Assembly (NCBI GenBank): GCA_035353335.1
Contig: DAOPZJ010000004.1
Location: forward strand, 15,555 to 79,554
Origin: Oscillospiraceae bacterium
GTDB taxonomy: Bacteria; Bacillota; Clostridia; Oscillospirales; JAKOTC01
Direction of reading: 5' to 3'
Length of the DNA stretch: 64,000 nucleotides
Shown: piece after piece, positions 15,681-25,363 of the stretch
Layout: the number at the start of each line of letters is the position of its first letter
Numbering within the stretch: position 1 is the first letter of the stretch
Translations under genes and position numbers: made by a program
The notes under the pieces: generated by a model
What the model was told of the DNA's origin: nothing
What the model saw: only the letters and a program-made list of their open reading frames with translations
The model's database searches: none

Positions 15681-17996
15681 TTAATCTCCTTCCGGCGTTC
15701 GCCAAACGTTCTCGGGTGTGAGCGGAAGGGTGACCAATTGCCGCCCGAACGCGGCGGATAGAGCGTTTCCGAGAGCTGCGGGAATTCCGAGAATCCCATG
15801 CTCGGCGAAACTGCGCACGCCGTAGGGCGAATAGCTCTCCGGCGTCTCGACAAATCCGACGCGGTAATCGGGCTCTTGCCCGATATGCAGCAGTTTATAA
15901 GTCCGCAGGTTCGGCAGTTTCGGGACACCGTTTTGGTCATAGAAGAAAACCTCACGGCTCGATAAACTGATACCCATCGACATCCCCCCTGCGATCACAG
16001 CGCGCATCGATTCGGGGTTGATGACCTTACCGACATCAATCACGGTCGAGGCGTTGATGATCCGATAAGTCAATGTGGAAAGATCCGCTTCAACTTCGAC
16101 AACCTGCGCGCCGACCGTCCATTCGGGCCCGGTTTTGCCTTTCCCGGTCAGCGGGTCAAGCGTACAAAGCCCTTTTAGTATATAGCCGCCCCGACCGATG
16201 GCCGGCTCCCCGAGGGACTGCCCGGAATCGGATTTATAACCCTGCACGATATCCTTAAAAGCGATGAATTGTTCGGGATTCTTTTTGGAGAAGACGCGGC
16301 CGTTCTCAACCTCGATTTCCTCCGGCGGACAATTCAAAACACTCGAGCCGTTACTGCGCAGTTGATTGACCAAGTCGTCGGCGGCGCGCATCACGGCATG
16401 TCCGGCCATGAATTCGGTCAAACTCGCGACCGATTTCCAGTGCTCGGGGGCGGCACGGGTATCGACGGAGTAGACGATATGCACCTGATCCGGACTCATC
16501 TTCAGTTTTTCCGCCAGCATCTGTGCCAGATGGGTCTGGCTGTTGGAACCCATCTCGACGACGCCGGTGTGCAGATTGAGCGAGCCGTCGGGATTAAAAG
16601 TGATCAGCGCCCCCGAAATCGCATCGGTCGGCGGATTCTCGGTTTTCCAAAAACAAGAGATTCCCTTTGCGCGTACAGTGTTTTCTTTGATGGTCACCGG
16701 TCTGCCGCCGTTCCAATTCGACAACGAGCGGATGTCATAGAGGCATTTGGTCAGATTGCCGGTGAGATCGTTTGTGCATAAAACCTGCGAAGGAGTCAGG
16801 CAGTCGGGGCCGATGGCGTTTCTTAAACGGAATTCAAACGGATCGAGTGCGTATTTTTTTGCTAAAAGATCGAGTGTCCGCTCAATACAAAAAGTATAGG
16901 ACTCATGTGAAAAACCACGGAAAGAGGTCACATAGGTGTGGTTGGTATAGACGCACAGTGAATCACACCAAAGGTTGTCGACTCGATAAGGGCCTGTGCA
17001 GTCCATTGCGATGGCTTTTGCCATATAGGGGGAGGTGTCGGTATAGGCACCGCAGTCGAGCCGGTAAGTCAGCTCTGCGGCTTGAATCAGTCCATCCTTA
17101 TCTGCTCCGATTTTGATATCCGCTTCAAGTCCCATACGGCAGGGAGCAGAAGCCATATCCTGCTCTCTCGGAATCGAGAGACGCACCGGCTTTCCTCCGA
17201 CGCTGCGTGAAGCAAGGAAAGCTAAAATTTCGAGCATGACCGGTGCTTTACCGCCGAATCCGCCGCCGATGAACGGCACATGGACCCGGATTTTTCCGGA
17301 TTCGATTAAAAAGGTTTCGGATAGTTGCTTGCGGACGCTGTATGGCGCCTGTGAGGAAGTGGTAATCAAAACCTCGCCGTCTGCGGAGATCTCGGCACGT
17401 GCTGTGCGTACCTCCATCGCGAGATGGCCGGAGGGCGGCAGATAAAAACGCTGTTCGACAACGGATGTACAACCTTTGAACGCCTCTTCAACGTTTCCTT
17501 TGCGCATGCGGTAGCGGCTTGCGATATTGGTTCCGGGTTCGGGGTAGATATCGGTCAGCGTTTTCCTGTAACTGTCGTTATCATGAAGCAGCGGTGCACC
17601 CTGAGCAAGTGCCTGCGTCGGTGTCAGCACAATCGGAAGCGGCTGATAATTCACTTGAATCAGACGCACGGCCTGTTCTGCGGCGGGCTTGTCCTGCGCG
17701 ATGACCATCGCGATCGGCTCACCCGCATACCGAACGACACCGCGCGCGAGAGCGGGGCGGTCTTCGGTCAACGGTCCGAACAGCAGCGGACAATCTTTTC
17801 CGATCAAAATCGTTTTGACTCCATTCACCTCAAGCGCCGCAGAAAGATCGATATGGTCGATTTTGGCGTGTGCGCAAGTGCTCATGAAGAGTCGTGCTTC
17901 GAGCAAGCCGGTTGTCGGCAGATCGTCGGTATATTTCGCCTTTCCCGTAACTTTATCCCAAGCATCCTTTCGCCGAATGCTCTCTCCGACAGCCAT
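15681..17996 (-). CDS. Xanthine dehydrogenase family molybdopterin-binding large subunit
   Basis: The likely start MAVGESIRRKDAWDKVTGKAKYTDD is the canonical N-terminus. GGGFGGK motif present. About 770 aa. Confidence 0.85.
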   Translation of the reverse strand: MAVGESIRRKDAWDKVTGKAKYTDDLPTTGLLEARLFMSTCAHAKIDHIDLSAALEVNGVKTILIGKDCPLLFGPLTEDRPALARGVVRYAGEPIAMVIAQDKPAAEQAVRLIQVNYQPLPIVLTPTQALAQGAPLLHDNDSYRKTLTDIYPEPGTNIASRYRMRKGNVEEAFKGCTSVVEQRFYLPPSGHLAMEVRTARAEISADGEVLITTSSQAPYSVRKQLSETFLIESGKIRVHVPFIGGGFGGKAPVMLEILAFLASRSVGGKPVRLSIPREQDMASAPCRMGLEADIKIGADKDGLIQAAELTYRLDCGAYTDTSPYMAKAIAMDCTGPYRVDNLWCDSLCVYTNHTYVTSFRGFSHESYTFCIERTLDLLAKKYALDPFEFRLRNAIGPDCLTPSQVLCTNDLTGNLTKCLYDIRSLSNWNGGRPVTIKENTVRAKGISCFWKTENPPTDAISGALITFNPDGSLNLHTGVVEMGSNSQTHLAQMLAEKLKMSPDQVHIVYSVDTRAAPEHWKSVASLTEFMAGHAVMRAADDLVNQLRSNGSSVLNCPPEEIEVENGRVFSKKNPEQFIAFKDIVQGYKSDSGQSLGEPAIGRGGYILKGLCTLDPLTGKGKTGPEWTVGAQVVEVEADLSTLTYRIINASTVIDVGKVINPESMRAVIAGGMSMGISLSSREVFFYDQNGVPKLPNLRTYKLLHIGQEPDYRVGFVETPESYSPYGVRSFAEHGILGIPAALGNALSAAFGRQLVTLPLTPENVWRTPEGD

Positions 17997-18093
17997 ATTC
18001 AATCGCAGTCCCCCCTTTAAAAATTCATAAAAAGAAAACAAGGGCTGTGGATAATTTGCCCTTGTTTACATTAAATATCCAAATTTTTAATCG

Positions 18094-18348
18094 TTACGTT
18101 TTGCGCCTGATGAGGTTTACGATCAGAAGTAAAATAACCGCGCCGCCTGTCGCCACCAACAAGCTCCAAACATTGAAGCCCGTGATGCCTTTTCCGCCGA
18201 CCAGGTTCATGACAAGACCGCCGATAAAACCGCCGATGATACCGACGATGATATTTGCCCAAGCACCCATTTTTCGGTTGTTTTTCGTGATCATACTCGC
18301 AATCCAACCTGCCAGCGCACCGATGATAATCCATCCGATAATGCCCAC
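18094..18348 (-). CDS. GlsB/YeaQ/YmgE family (transglycosylase-associated) small membrane protein
   Basis: A GTG start preceded by AAAGGAGG gives (M)GIIGWIIIGALAGWIAS..., similar to the E. coli YeaQ N-terminus. Gly-rich TM helices. Confidence 0.8.
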   Translation of the reverse strand: MGIIGWIIIGALAGWIASMITKNNRKMGAWANIIVGIIGGFIGGLVMNLVGGKGITGFNVWSLLVATGGAVILLLIVNLIRRKT

Positions 18349-18463
18349 TTCTTCGCCTCCTTTCATGCCTTTTACAGGCAAAACCCTGTAAGAAACATTA
18401 TATTATAGGCCATTTTCAATAAAATAACCGAAAAAGGTCTATTTCATGAAAAACAATAAAATT

Positions 18464-19168
18464 CTATTTTAATATCATTTGTAAAACGACGTTTGTGCAA
18501 AGAAGCAGCGCCGTAATACCGGCGTGCAAAATCACGGAAGTCCGATATTGCTTTTTTTCATTTATTTTTTCAATCCGGTTTTCCAGAAACTCAACCGGTT
18601 TTAATAGATAGGGTTTGAATTGATATCCAATAAAAATAATCGCGCTTGTGATTAGATTTTGGGCGACAAAGAACAGGATGAACTTATCGACGCTGCTGAT
18701 GACCGAGACGTCCCGGATCCAGGCGGGTACGAGAAACAGCAGATACAGAATATAAAGCACACGCCAGCCGGTGTTTGTTGCAAGCGCCGCTATCGCTTTG
18801 ACAAACGGGTTTTTGCGTTTTGCAAGGCGATTGACCGCAAATACCACCGCCGCCATCGCGAGCGCCTCGAATACAATCGAAACCGCCGGATTGATCACTT
18901 TATCAATTCTGCCCGGCAAAAACAAATTTAACAGTTTGATCGCCGCGCAGAGTAACCCTATAAAACAGATCGACGAAATTTTACCGGTTTTTCGGTAAAC
19001 ATTCGACATAAAAAAGCAGGCAGCGGGATACCAGATCAGCCAGCTGTAGTCGAATGAGACGGCGTGCAGCAAATAATCGGCCGTCGCTTCAAAGATACCC
19101 CATAAAGCGCCCCAAGATAAAATGGTTAAAAAAATGCCGTATTGTTCGGATTTGTTGTTTTTTTTCAT
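18464..19168 (-). CDS. Hypothetical polytopic membrane protein
   Basis: The internal ATG at 19168 has a GGGAG RBS. About six hydrophobic segments. No family recognised. Confidence 0.5.
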   Translation of the reverse strand: MKKNNKSEQYGIFLTILSWGALWGIFEATADYLLHAVSFDYSWLIWYPAACFFMSNVYRKTGKISSICFIGLLCAAIKLLNLFLPGRIDKVINPAVSIVFEALAMAAVVFAVNRLAKRKNPFVKAIAALATNTGWRVLYILYLLFLVPAWIRDVSVISSVDKFILFFVAQNLITSAIIFIGYQFKPYLLKPVEFLENRIEKINEKKQYRTSVILHAGITALLLCTNVVLQMILK

Positions 19169-19337
19169 TTGCTCAGCTCCCGTCTCGCATTCGCTGCAAG
19201 CATATGAATATAAGAACAGATTCATACCGAGCGAGACTCCGGATAAATTTTTCAAATCGTTACAGATTGCAATTTTCAATAAAATTCGATATAATTTCAG
19301 TCGGTTCTTTTTATTAAAGTAAGGAAAAGAGGATATA

Positions 19338-20450
19338 ATGATTCAAAAAGACCGCCTGCTTACCCTGTTCGGGCAGCTTGTCTCAATCGACAGTCCCTCG
19401 TTTTATGAACGGGATGCGGCAGATTTTGTCAAGGCCAAACTGAGCGAGCTCAACATTGCGGTTCAGGAGGATAACGCCGGGGTAAAGTCAAACGGGAACT
19501 GCGGAAATTTGTATGCCTGCATCGAAGGGACGTTAAAACTCCCGCCGTTATTATTTTGCGCTCATCTCGACACAGTCGAGCCTTCGCACGGAAAAAAGGC
19601 AGTGAGCGGTAAAAACGGTATCATTACTTCGGACGGGACTACCATTCTCGGCGCCGACGATTTTGCCGGAGTCGCCGCAATTTGCGAAGCGCTTTTTGCG
19701 CTCAAAGAAGCCGGGATACCGCATCGCCCGCTCGAGCTGCTGTTCACGGTTTCGGAGGAAAAATACAGCGTCGGCGTAAAATTGTTCGACTTTTCAAAAA
19801 TCAAGAGTCGGGAGGCCTATGTTTTCGACCTCTCGGGTCCGGTCGGCGATGCGGCTTACGAAGCTCCGACGATCTTGTCGTTCAAAGCGAAATTTATCGG
19901 GCGTGCCGCTCACGCGGGATTTGTACCCCAAGAGGGCATTCATGCGATTAAAGCGGCGGCAGAGGCGATTTCAAAGATTCGATGCGGCAAGTACGACGGA
20001 ATGACCGTGAATATCGGAACAATTTCCGGTGGAACGGCAACGAATATCATACCCGACAGCTGCGTGATCACGGGAGAAATTCGAAGCAATTCGGACGAAA
20101 ATGCTCATCAAAAATTGGATGAAATCTCAAAGACAATCCGGGATGCTGTTGTGATGGCCGGCGCGGCGGTCGAATTGGAAAGTACCGTACATATCACTGC
20201 TTTTAAAACTGAGCTTTCGCATTCCGCTGTCAAAAGGTTCGAAAACGCCTGCAGACAGTTGCATCTCCAATCGAATTTATGCTCTACTTTTGGCGGAAGC
20301 GACCTCAACACGCTCACTTTACACGGAATAAACGGCATCGTGCTTGCAACCGCGATGAACAACTGCCATTCCTGTGCCGAATACACCAGCGAGCGGGAAC
20401 TCTTGCGGATTACAGAACTCGCTTTCTCCTTAATGACGGCAAAGGATTGA
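19338..20450 (+). CDS. M20/M25/M40 family metallopeptidase (peptidase T-like)
   Basis: FCAHLDTV, GADDFAGVAA, TVSEE and HAG motifs. Confidence 0.8.
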   Translation: MIQKDRLLTLFGQLVSIDSPSFYERDAADFVKAKLSELNIAVQEDNAGVKSNGNCGNLYACIEGTLKLPPLLFCAHLDTVEPSHGKKAVSGKNGIITSDGTTILGADDFAGVAAICEALFALKEAGIPHRPLELLFTVSEEKYSVGVKLFDFSKIKSREAYVFDLSGPVGDAAYEAPTILSFKAKFIGRAAHAGFVPQEGIHAIKAAAEAISKIRCGKYDGMTVNIGTISGGTATNIIPDSCVITGEIRSNSDENAHQKLDEISKTIRDAVVMAGAAVELESTVHITAFKTELSHSAVKRFENACRQLHLQSNLCSTFGGSDLNTLTLHGINGIVLATAMNNCHSCAEYTSERELLRITELAFSLMTAKD

Positions 20451-20495
20451 GTACGGTGACAATAACTTTTCACAATTTTTTTAGGAGAATTTACA

Positions 20496-21590
20496 ATGAA
20501 ACAGACGAAACGAATCCTTGCACTCCTGCTGGCTTTATCAATGATTGTCTTTGCCGGATGCGGTTCGAAAACCATCGGAACCAGTTCGAAACCCTTCGCG
20601 AACAGTGACGGCATTAAAGAAAACGGATTTTGGGAAGGAATAAAAGCGCGCAAATATGTAAAATTGTGCGATTATTCGTCGATTACCATCCCGAGTGAAA
20701 CCCGTGCGATTACCGGTAAGGCCGTTCAGTCAGAGATCGACGATATCCTCTCGGATTATGCCGTCGAAAATAAAGCGACAGACCGCGCTGTCGCGGACGG
20801 CGATTCCGTCAATATCGACTATGTCGGGAGCGTGGACGGCGTTGAATTTGACGGCGGAAGCACGAAAGGCACCGGAACGGACGTCGTCATCGGGAAGACA
20901 AATTACATCGACGATTTCCTGCAGCAGCTCATTGGGCACAAACCCGGTGAATCGTTTGACGTAAATGTGACATTTCCCGAAGATTACGGGGTTGAAAACC
21001 TCAACGGAAAAGACGCGGTTTTTGCCGTTACAATCAACTATATCACAGAGAGCTCCGTCCCGGAACTGACCGATGCGTTTGTCTCGGAACAATTGTCAGT
21101 TTCGCACGGATGGAAGACCGTGGCGGAAATGAAGGCGGATATATTAAACGATCTTCAGGAGGCTGCAATCACAAAATATATTCAGGATTACATTATCGGG
21201 AATTCCACAATAAAATCGCTTCCAAAGGCGATTTTAGAATATCAACAAAATTCAATGATGCTCTATTATCAAAATTATGCCAATCAATACGGGATGGAAT
21301 TTGATGAGTTTCTGAAAACCTATGCGGGATATGCCACGAAAGAAGAATTACTTGAGAAAAATCTGGAAGACAATACGAAAAGCGCAAACTACAGCCTGGT
21401 GATGCAGGCCATTGCGGAAGATGCCGGCATCTCGGTAACCGCGGACGATGTCGCTCCTTATTTCCTTAAATATTTTAATACGGACGACTATTCCGAATAT
21501 GAGACAAATTTCGGAATGCCTTATTTGATGCAGGTGGTATTGTATCAGAAAGTATTGGATTTTCTCAAGAGCAACGCGGTTTCGGCATAA
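20496..21590 (+). CDS. Lipoprotein with FKBP-type PPIase domain and trigger-factor-like C-terminal domain
   Basis: Lipobox VFAGC. GDSVNIDYVGSVDGVEFDGGS...FDVNVTFPEDY is FKBP/trigger-factor-like. Confidence 0.7.
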   Translation: MKQTKRILALLLALSMIVFAGCGSKTIGTSSKPFANSDGIKENGFWEGIKARKYVKLCDYSSITIPSETRAITGKAVQSEIDDILSDYAVENKATDRAVADGDSVNIDYVGSVDGVEFDGGSTKGTGTDVVIGKTNYIDDFLQQLIGHKPGESFDVNVTFPEDYGVENLNGKDAVFAVTINYITESSVPELTDAFVSEQLSVSHGWKTVAEMKADILNDLQEAAITKYIQDYIIGNSTIKSLPKAILEYQQNSMMLYYQNYANQYGMEFDEFLKTYAGYATKEELLEKNLEDNTKSANYSLVMQAIAEDAGISVTADDVAPYFLKYFNTDDYSEYETNFGMPYLMQVVLYQKVLDFLKSNAVSA

Positions 21591-21640
21591 CAAATAATTT
21601 TTCTTTTAGTCACAATTGAGCCATAATTCATACCGATAAT

Positions 21641-21693
21641 ATAGTAAAGCCACTTGAAATCCGACAAGTGAATCAGCGTTAAGTGGTTTTCAC
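21641..21693. repeat. Diverged copy of the palindromic element (TATAGTAAAGCCACTT...AAGTGGTTTTCAC)
   Basis: Inverted repeat with the same TATAGT prefix as the other copies. Confidence 0.5.
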
Positions 21694-21745
21694 GCTCTAT
21701 GAATTTCTTTCGTAACGAATGAACTTGGCGAAAGCAGGTGAATTG

Positions 21746-22426
21746 ATGGTTTATCATATCCTAATTGTTGAAGATCAGCCCGAAATCAGCGGCATGGTCG
21801 CAAAATACCTTGAAATCGAGGGATATCGCGTACTTATCGCAAATGACGGATTTAAGGCGCTTGAACTCTTTAATAAGAATGAAATTCATCTTGCGCTGTT
21901 GGACATTATGATGCCCGGCATCGACGGTTTCGACGTACTTAATGAAATTCGTAAAATATCCGATATACCTGTGATCATGCTGACAGCCAGAACCGAGGAG
22001 ATCGACCGGCTGAAGGGTTTTGACACGGGCGCGGACGACTATGTCGTCAAACCTTTCAGCGTCAAAGAGATCGTGAAACGAGTCAATGCGCTGATGAAGC
22101 GCACCTACCATAACACCGATGAAATCGTATTCAGATGCGATTCGCTGAGATTACACATAAAAAGCATGAAACTTTATCAGGGTGAGAAAGAGATTCCGAT
22201 CACGGCGGCGGAATTTGAACTGCTTCGAGTGCTTTTTAAGAACAAAGGACAGGTGCTAACTCGCGAACAGCTAATTAACGCGGCGTTCGGATTCGAATAT
22301 GAGGGTTATGACCGGAATATCGACAGTGCGATCAAGCGGCTCAGGCAGAAAATCGAGGACGATCCCGCGAACCCGAAAATTTTGCGTACCAAGTACGGCG
22401 CGGGTTATGTGTTGGGAGGTGCGTAA
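21746..22426 (+). CDS. OmpR/PhoB-family response regulator
   Basis: The start MVYHILIVEDQ has an RBS. Receiver Asp context LALLDIMMPG. Winged-helix C-terminus LRTKYGAGY. Confidence 0.9.
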   Translation: MVYHILIVEDQPEISGMVAKYLEIEGYRVLIANDGFKALELFNKNEIHLALLDIMMPGIDGFDVLNEIRKISDIPVIMLTARTEEIDRLKGFDTGADDYVVKPFSVKEIVKRVNALMKRTYHNTDEIVFRCDSLRLHIKSMKLYQGEKEIPITAAEFELLRVLFKNKGQVLTREQLINAAFGFEYEGYDRNIDSAIKRLRQKIEDDPANPKILRTKYGAGYVLGGA

Positions 22427-22427
22427 G

Positions 22428-23777
22428 GTGACCATCAGACGGCAGTGGCTATGGGTTCTGACCATCACGGCGGTTTTGGCCATATGCATCAATTCCTGGA
22501 TTTCATCTTCGCTGATCAATAAATATTTCTTGTCCTACAACACCGCGAATTACAACAATCACATTAGCCAAATCGAACAACTCGCGGCAAGCGCTTTAAA
22601 AGACGGAGGCATTACAAATCAACAGCTCTCCGTGCAGCTTGAATCGCATTTGGACGACCCGATTGTCAGCATAAAACTCTATAATGCAGCCGGAATGCTT
22701 GTTGCGGAAGCTGCGAACATGCCGGGCAACGGGTATGGGATGGGAAACGGAATGGGCAACGGAATGCACTGGAATTCCGAAGAGGTTGACACCTACCGGA
22801 TCATGGACGGCGGCACGGTTTTAGGCGTCCTCAACGTCACAAGATACAGTTCACTGAGAAATTCACAGGTCGCAGTACAATTTCAAGCCGCTCTGCTTCA
22901 AAACAGCGCTCTCTCTTTCGCAATTGTTCTGGCAGTGCTGATTATTATCGGAATTTTTGTCAGCCGGAGATTGAGCCGGGATTTGACAAACACGGCCTCC
23001 CAGGCACTCAGCATCGACATGGACGGAGACACGAGTTTTAAGCCGTCAAGAGTCCGGGAAATCAGAGTGATTCAGTCGAGCCTGGATACGCTCCGCGACC
23101 GGTTGAAAATCAAACAGATCAGCAGAAAAATGACTGTGGACGAGCTTGTCCATCAGACCAGAACACCGCTCACGATTTTACAGACCCATCTGGAGGGGCT
23201 TGAGGACGGCATTACGACGATGTCGGAAGACGAGATCAAAGTGTTTCGGTCACAGATTGACAACATTACATCTATCATATCAAATATGAGCATTCTGATC
23301 GACGCCGACAGACCTGTGCAGGAACTTCACCCCGAAGAAATCGATCTGCATGTGCTGCTCAGCCAAGTTATAAGCGGTTTAAAAGTGCAGTTCGATAAAA
23401 AGAAGATTGAGCTTCAAATGCCGAATACTCAGAAAGTTATCTTGAAAACCGATCCGTATAAACTGAGCCAATGTATTTATAATCTGATCACGAACGCCTA
23501 TAAATTCATGGCTTCCGGCGGGATAGTTGAACTGTCTTATGAGACGGCTGACGCAAAGGTCTTGATACATGTGAAAGACACCGGTGTAGGAATTGCCGAA
23601 GAAGATTTGCCGCACCTGTTTGACGCCTATTTCAGAGGACATAACACTTCCGGGCGCAAAGGGGACGGACTAGGGCTATATATCGTGAAAGAGAATCTGG
23701 AGCAAATGGGCGGTTCGATCGGCGTCCGGTCAAAGCCGGGAGAAGGCAGCGAATTCACGATCACCCTTCCATTATAA
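22428..23777 (+). CDS. Sensor histidine kinase (two TM helices, HAMP, HisKA, HATPase_c) with Met/Gly/Asn-rich extracytoplasmic loop
   Basis: GTG start 1 nt after the RR stop. H-box LVHQTRTPLT. N, G1 (DTGVGI) and G2 (GDGLGL) boxes. The sensor loop contains GNGYGMGNGMGNGMH. Confidence 0.85.
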   Translation: MTIRRQWLWVLTITAVLAICINSWISSSLINKYFLSYNTANYNNHISQIEQLAASALKDGGITNQQLSVQLESHLDDPIVSIKLYNAAGMLVAEAANMPGNGYGMGNGMGNGMHWNSEEVDTYRIMDGGTVLGVLNVTRYSSLRNSQVAVQFQAALLQNSALSFAIVLAVLIIIGIFVSRRLSRDLTNTASQALSIDMDGDTSFKPSRVREIRVIQSSLDTLRDRLKIKQISRKMTVDELVHQTRTPLTILQTHLEGLEDGITTMSEDEIKVFRSQIDNITSIISNMSILIDADRPVQELHPEEIDLHVLLSQVISGLKVQFDKKKIELQMPNTQKVILKTDPYKLSQCIYNLITNAYKFMASGGIVELSYETADAKVLIHVKDTGVGIAEEDLPHLFDAYFRGHNTSGRKGDGLGLYIVKENLEQMGGSIGVRSKPGEGSEFTITLPL

Positions 23778-23792
23778 TTAATAACATACTTT

Positions 23793-23830
23793 AAACACCT
23801 CCGTCTATATGAGAACGGAGGTGTTTTTAT
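23793..23830 (+). terminator. Rho-independent terminator after the kinase gene
   Basis: AAACACCTCCGT / ACGGAGGTGTTT stem followed by TTATT. Confidence 0.65.
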
Positions 23831-23945
23831 TACCGTAAAAGATTTTTAAAATTATTTTTATGAGCATATTTCTGCCACAGTCGAATTTTATGATAGAGCC
23901 ATAACCACCGAAGACGGTGGGAATTCAAGGAGGTAAACATATACC

Positions 23946-24530
23946 ATGTTCAATTCTAAGATGAAAAAGATTCTTGCAGCCGGCGCTGCGGTTCTCGCAT
24001 TATCGGCATTGTCCATTACCGCTTTTGCGGCATCCGCTTATAAAAGCCCCGCGGAAGCCGTTGCCGCGCTGACCGGAAAAACGGTTGAAAGCGTCGTCGA
24101 CCAGCGGCAGGAGACCGGAGACACCTACTGCACGATCGCAAGCGAAGGAGGCGTTTTGGATGAATACAAAGCATCTGTGCTTCAAATGAAAAAAGATACT
24201 TTGAATGCGCGGGTCGCCGCAGGCACATTGACGCAAGAGAGAGCTGATGAGATTATAGCGGCCATTGAAAAAAATATGGCCGACTGTGATGGAACCTGTG
24301 ACGGTAACGGCGGCGCAATGATGGGCCGGGGCTTCGGCGCTGGCAACGGCAACTGCGCAGGCAATGAGAGCGGGACCTGCACGGGTAACGGTACCGGGAA
24401 CGGAACCTGCACGGGCAACGGCAACACTGACGGAACTTGCACAGGCAACGGTTTCGGCGGCGGGCGCGGCGGTCAGTGCGGAATGCGCGGGCAGAACGGT
24501 TCCTGCCTGACAGCAAACAATAACGGCTGA
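23946..24530 (+). CDS. Secreted protein: helical N-domain (tentatively DUF2680-like) plus Cys/Gly/Asn-repeat tail
   Basis: Signal peptide ending AFA-ASAY. GTLTQERADEIIAAIEKNMADCDG, followed by CxGNGxGNGTC-type repeats (9 Cys in the last 80 aa). Confidence 0.6.
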   Translation: MFNSKMKKILAAGAAVLALSALSITAFAASAYKSPAEAVAALTGKTVESVVDQRQETGDTYCTIASEGGVLDEYKASVLQMKKDTLNARVAAGTLTQERADEIIAAIEKNMADCDGTCDGNGGAMMGRGFGAGNGNCAGNESGTCTGNGTGNGTCTGNGNTDGTCTGNGFGGGRGGQCGMRGQNGSCLTANNNG

Positions 24531-24560
24531 TACTGTTCAACGAAACCCTTGAAATAACAA

Positions 24561-24595
24561 GCAAGCGGGCGTCGGAAGACGCCCGCTTGCTTTTT
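24561..24595. terminator. Bidirectional terminator between convergent genes
   Basis: 13-bp stem GCAAGCGGGCGTC / GACGCCCGCTTGC followed by TTTTT. Confidence 0.7.
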
Positions 24596-24602
24596 CGATG
24601 AT

Positions 24603-25361
24603 TCAGATTTGCTTTTTGTCGAACATGAGGATTGAAAGAAAGATAAAAGACACTGTGAGGCCACCGGCGACGATCATTGCAGGATAAAAATCTGTCGGTA
24701 AAACCTGCCCGGAGATTAAACCCGTGTTCAGATTGGCGCAGCTGATGGGGTTATACTTATTCCAGGTCGGTATGATACTCATGAGCAAGGTAACTGCGAT
24801 AAGGCAGAAGGTAAACAGCAATCCGCCGTAGTTTCCCTTGAATAAAATACCGCCCAAAATCAATTCCGTGATCAACAGCACGCCGTATACCCAGAGACCT
24901 GCCGCCGAAAGAAACAGGTTCTTAACATTATCCATGCTCCAGAAATACGCTGTATAACCATAAGTGATACCAAAGCAAAGAGCATAACATGCTGTCCAAA
25001 TCAACGTTGCGGAGGTGAATTTGGACAGGATCACAACGGGCCTCGAAAGCCCTTTTGTCAGCATATTGACCAGGGTGCCTTTGCTGAATTCACCGGACAT
25101 GATGCCGCCGAACACGAGCACGACGACGATCAGCCCCATTTGGGAGACGTTTTTGAAAAATTGTCCCCAGGAGTCCAGCGCCGAGGGCGTCGGAAGCGTG
25201 ATGCTCATGCCCTCAGGCATCACCGAGCTCATGATATCCGGCAGAATTTTAGCTGTGACGGGGCTCATGATTCCGAACAGCAGAAACACAATCAGCAGAA
25301 TTAACAGCTTATGCGTCCGTGAACTTTCCATGAGTTCTTTCTTTAAAAATGCTGTATACAT
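24603..25361 (-). CDS. ABC-2 type transporter permease
   Basis: 252 aa with six TM segments, immediately downstream of the ABC ATPase. Confidence 0.7.
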   Translation of the reverse strand: MYTAFLKKELMESSRTHKLLILLIVFLLFGIMSPVTAKILPDIMSSVMPEGMSITLPTPSALDSWGQFFKNVSQMGLIVVVLVFGGIMSGEFSKGTLVNMLTKGLSRPVVILSKFTSATLIWTACYALCFGITYGYTAYFWSMDNVKNLFLSAAGLWVYGVLLITELILGGILFKGNYGGLLFTFCLIAVTLLMSIIPTWNKYNPISCANLNTGLISGQVLPTDFYPAMIVAGGLTVSFIFLSILMFDKKQI

Positions 25362-25363
25362 TA

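Noticed and set aside
22717-24530. The periodic GGnAAyGGn DNA repeats might be a CRISPR-like or other non-coding array.
   Set aside because: The repeats are short (6-9 bp), in frame and inside long ORFs that have start signals and a signal peptide. There are no regularly spaced 25-40 bp repeats with unique spacers anywhere in the window, and no cas genes.
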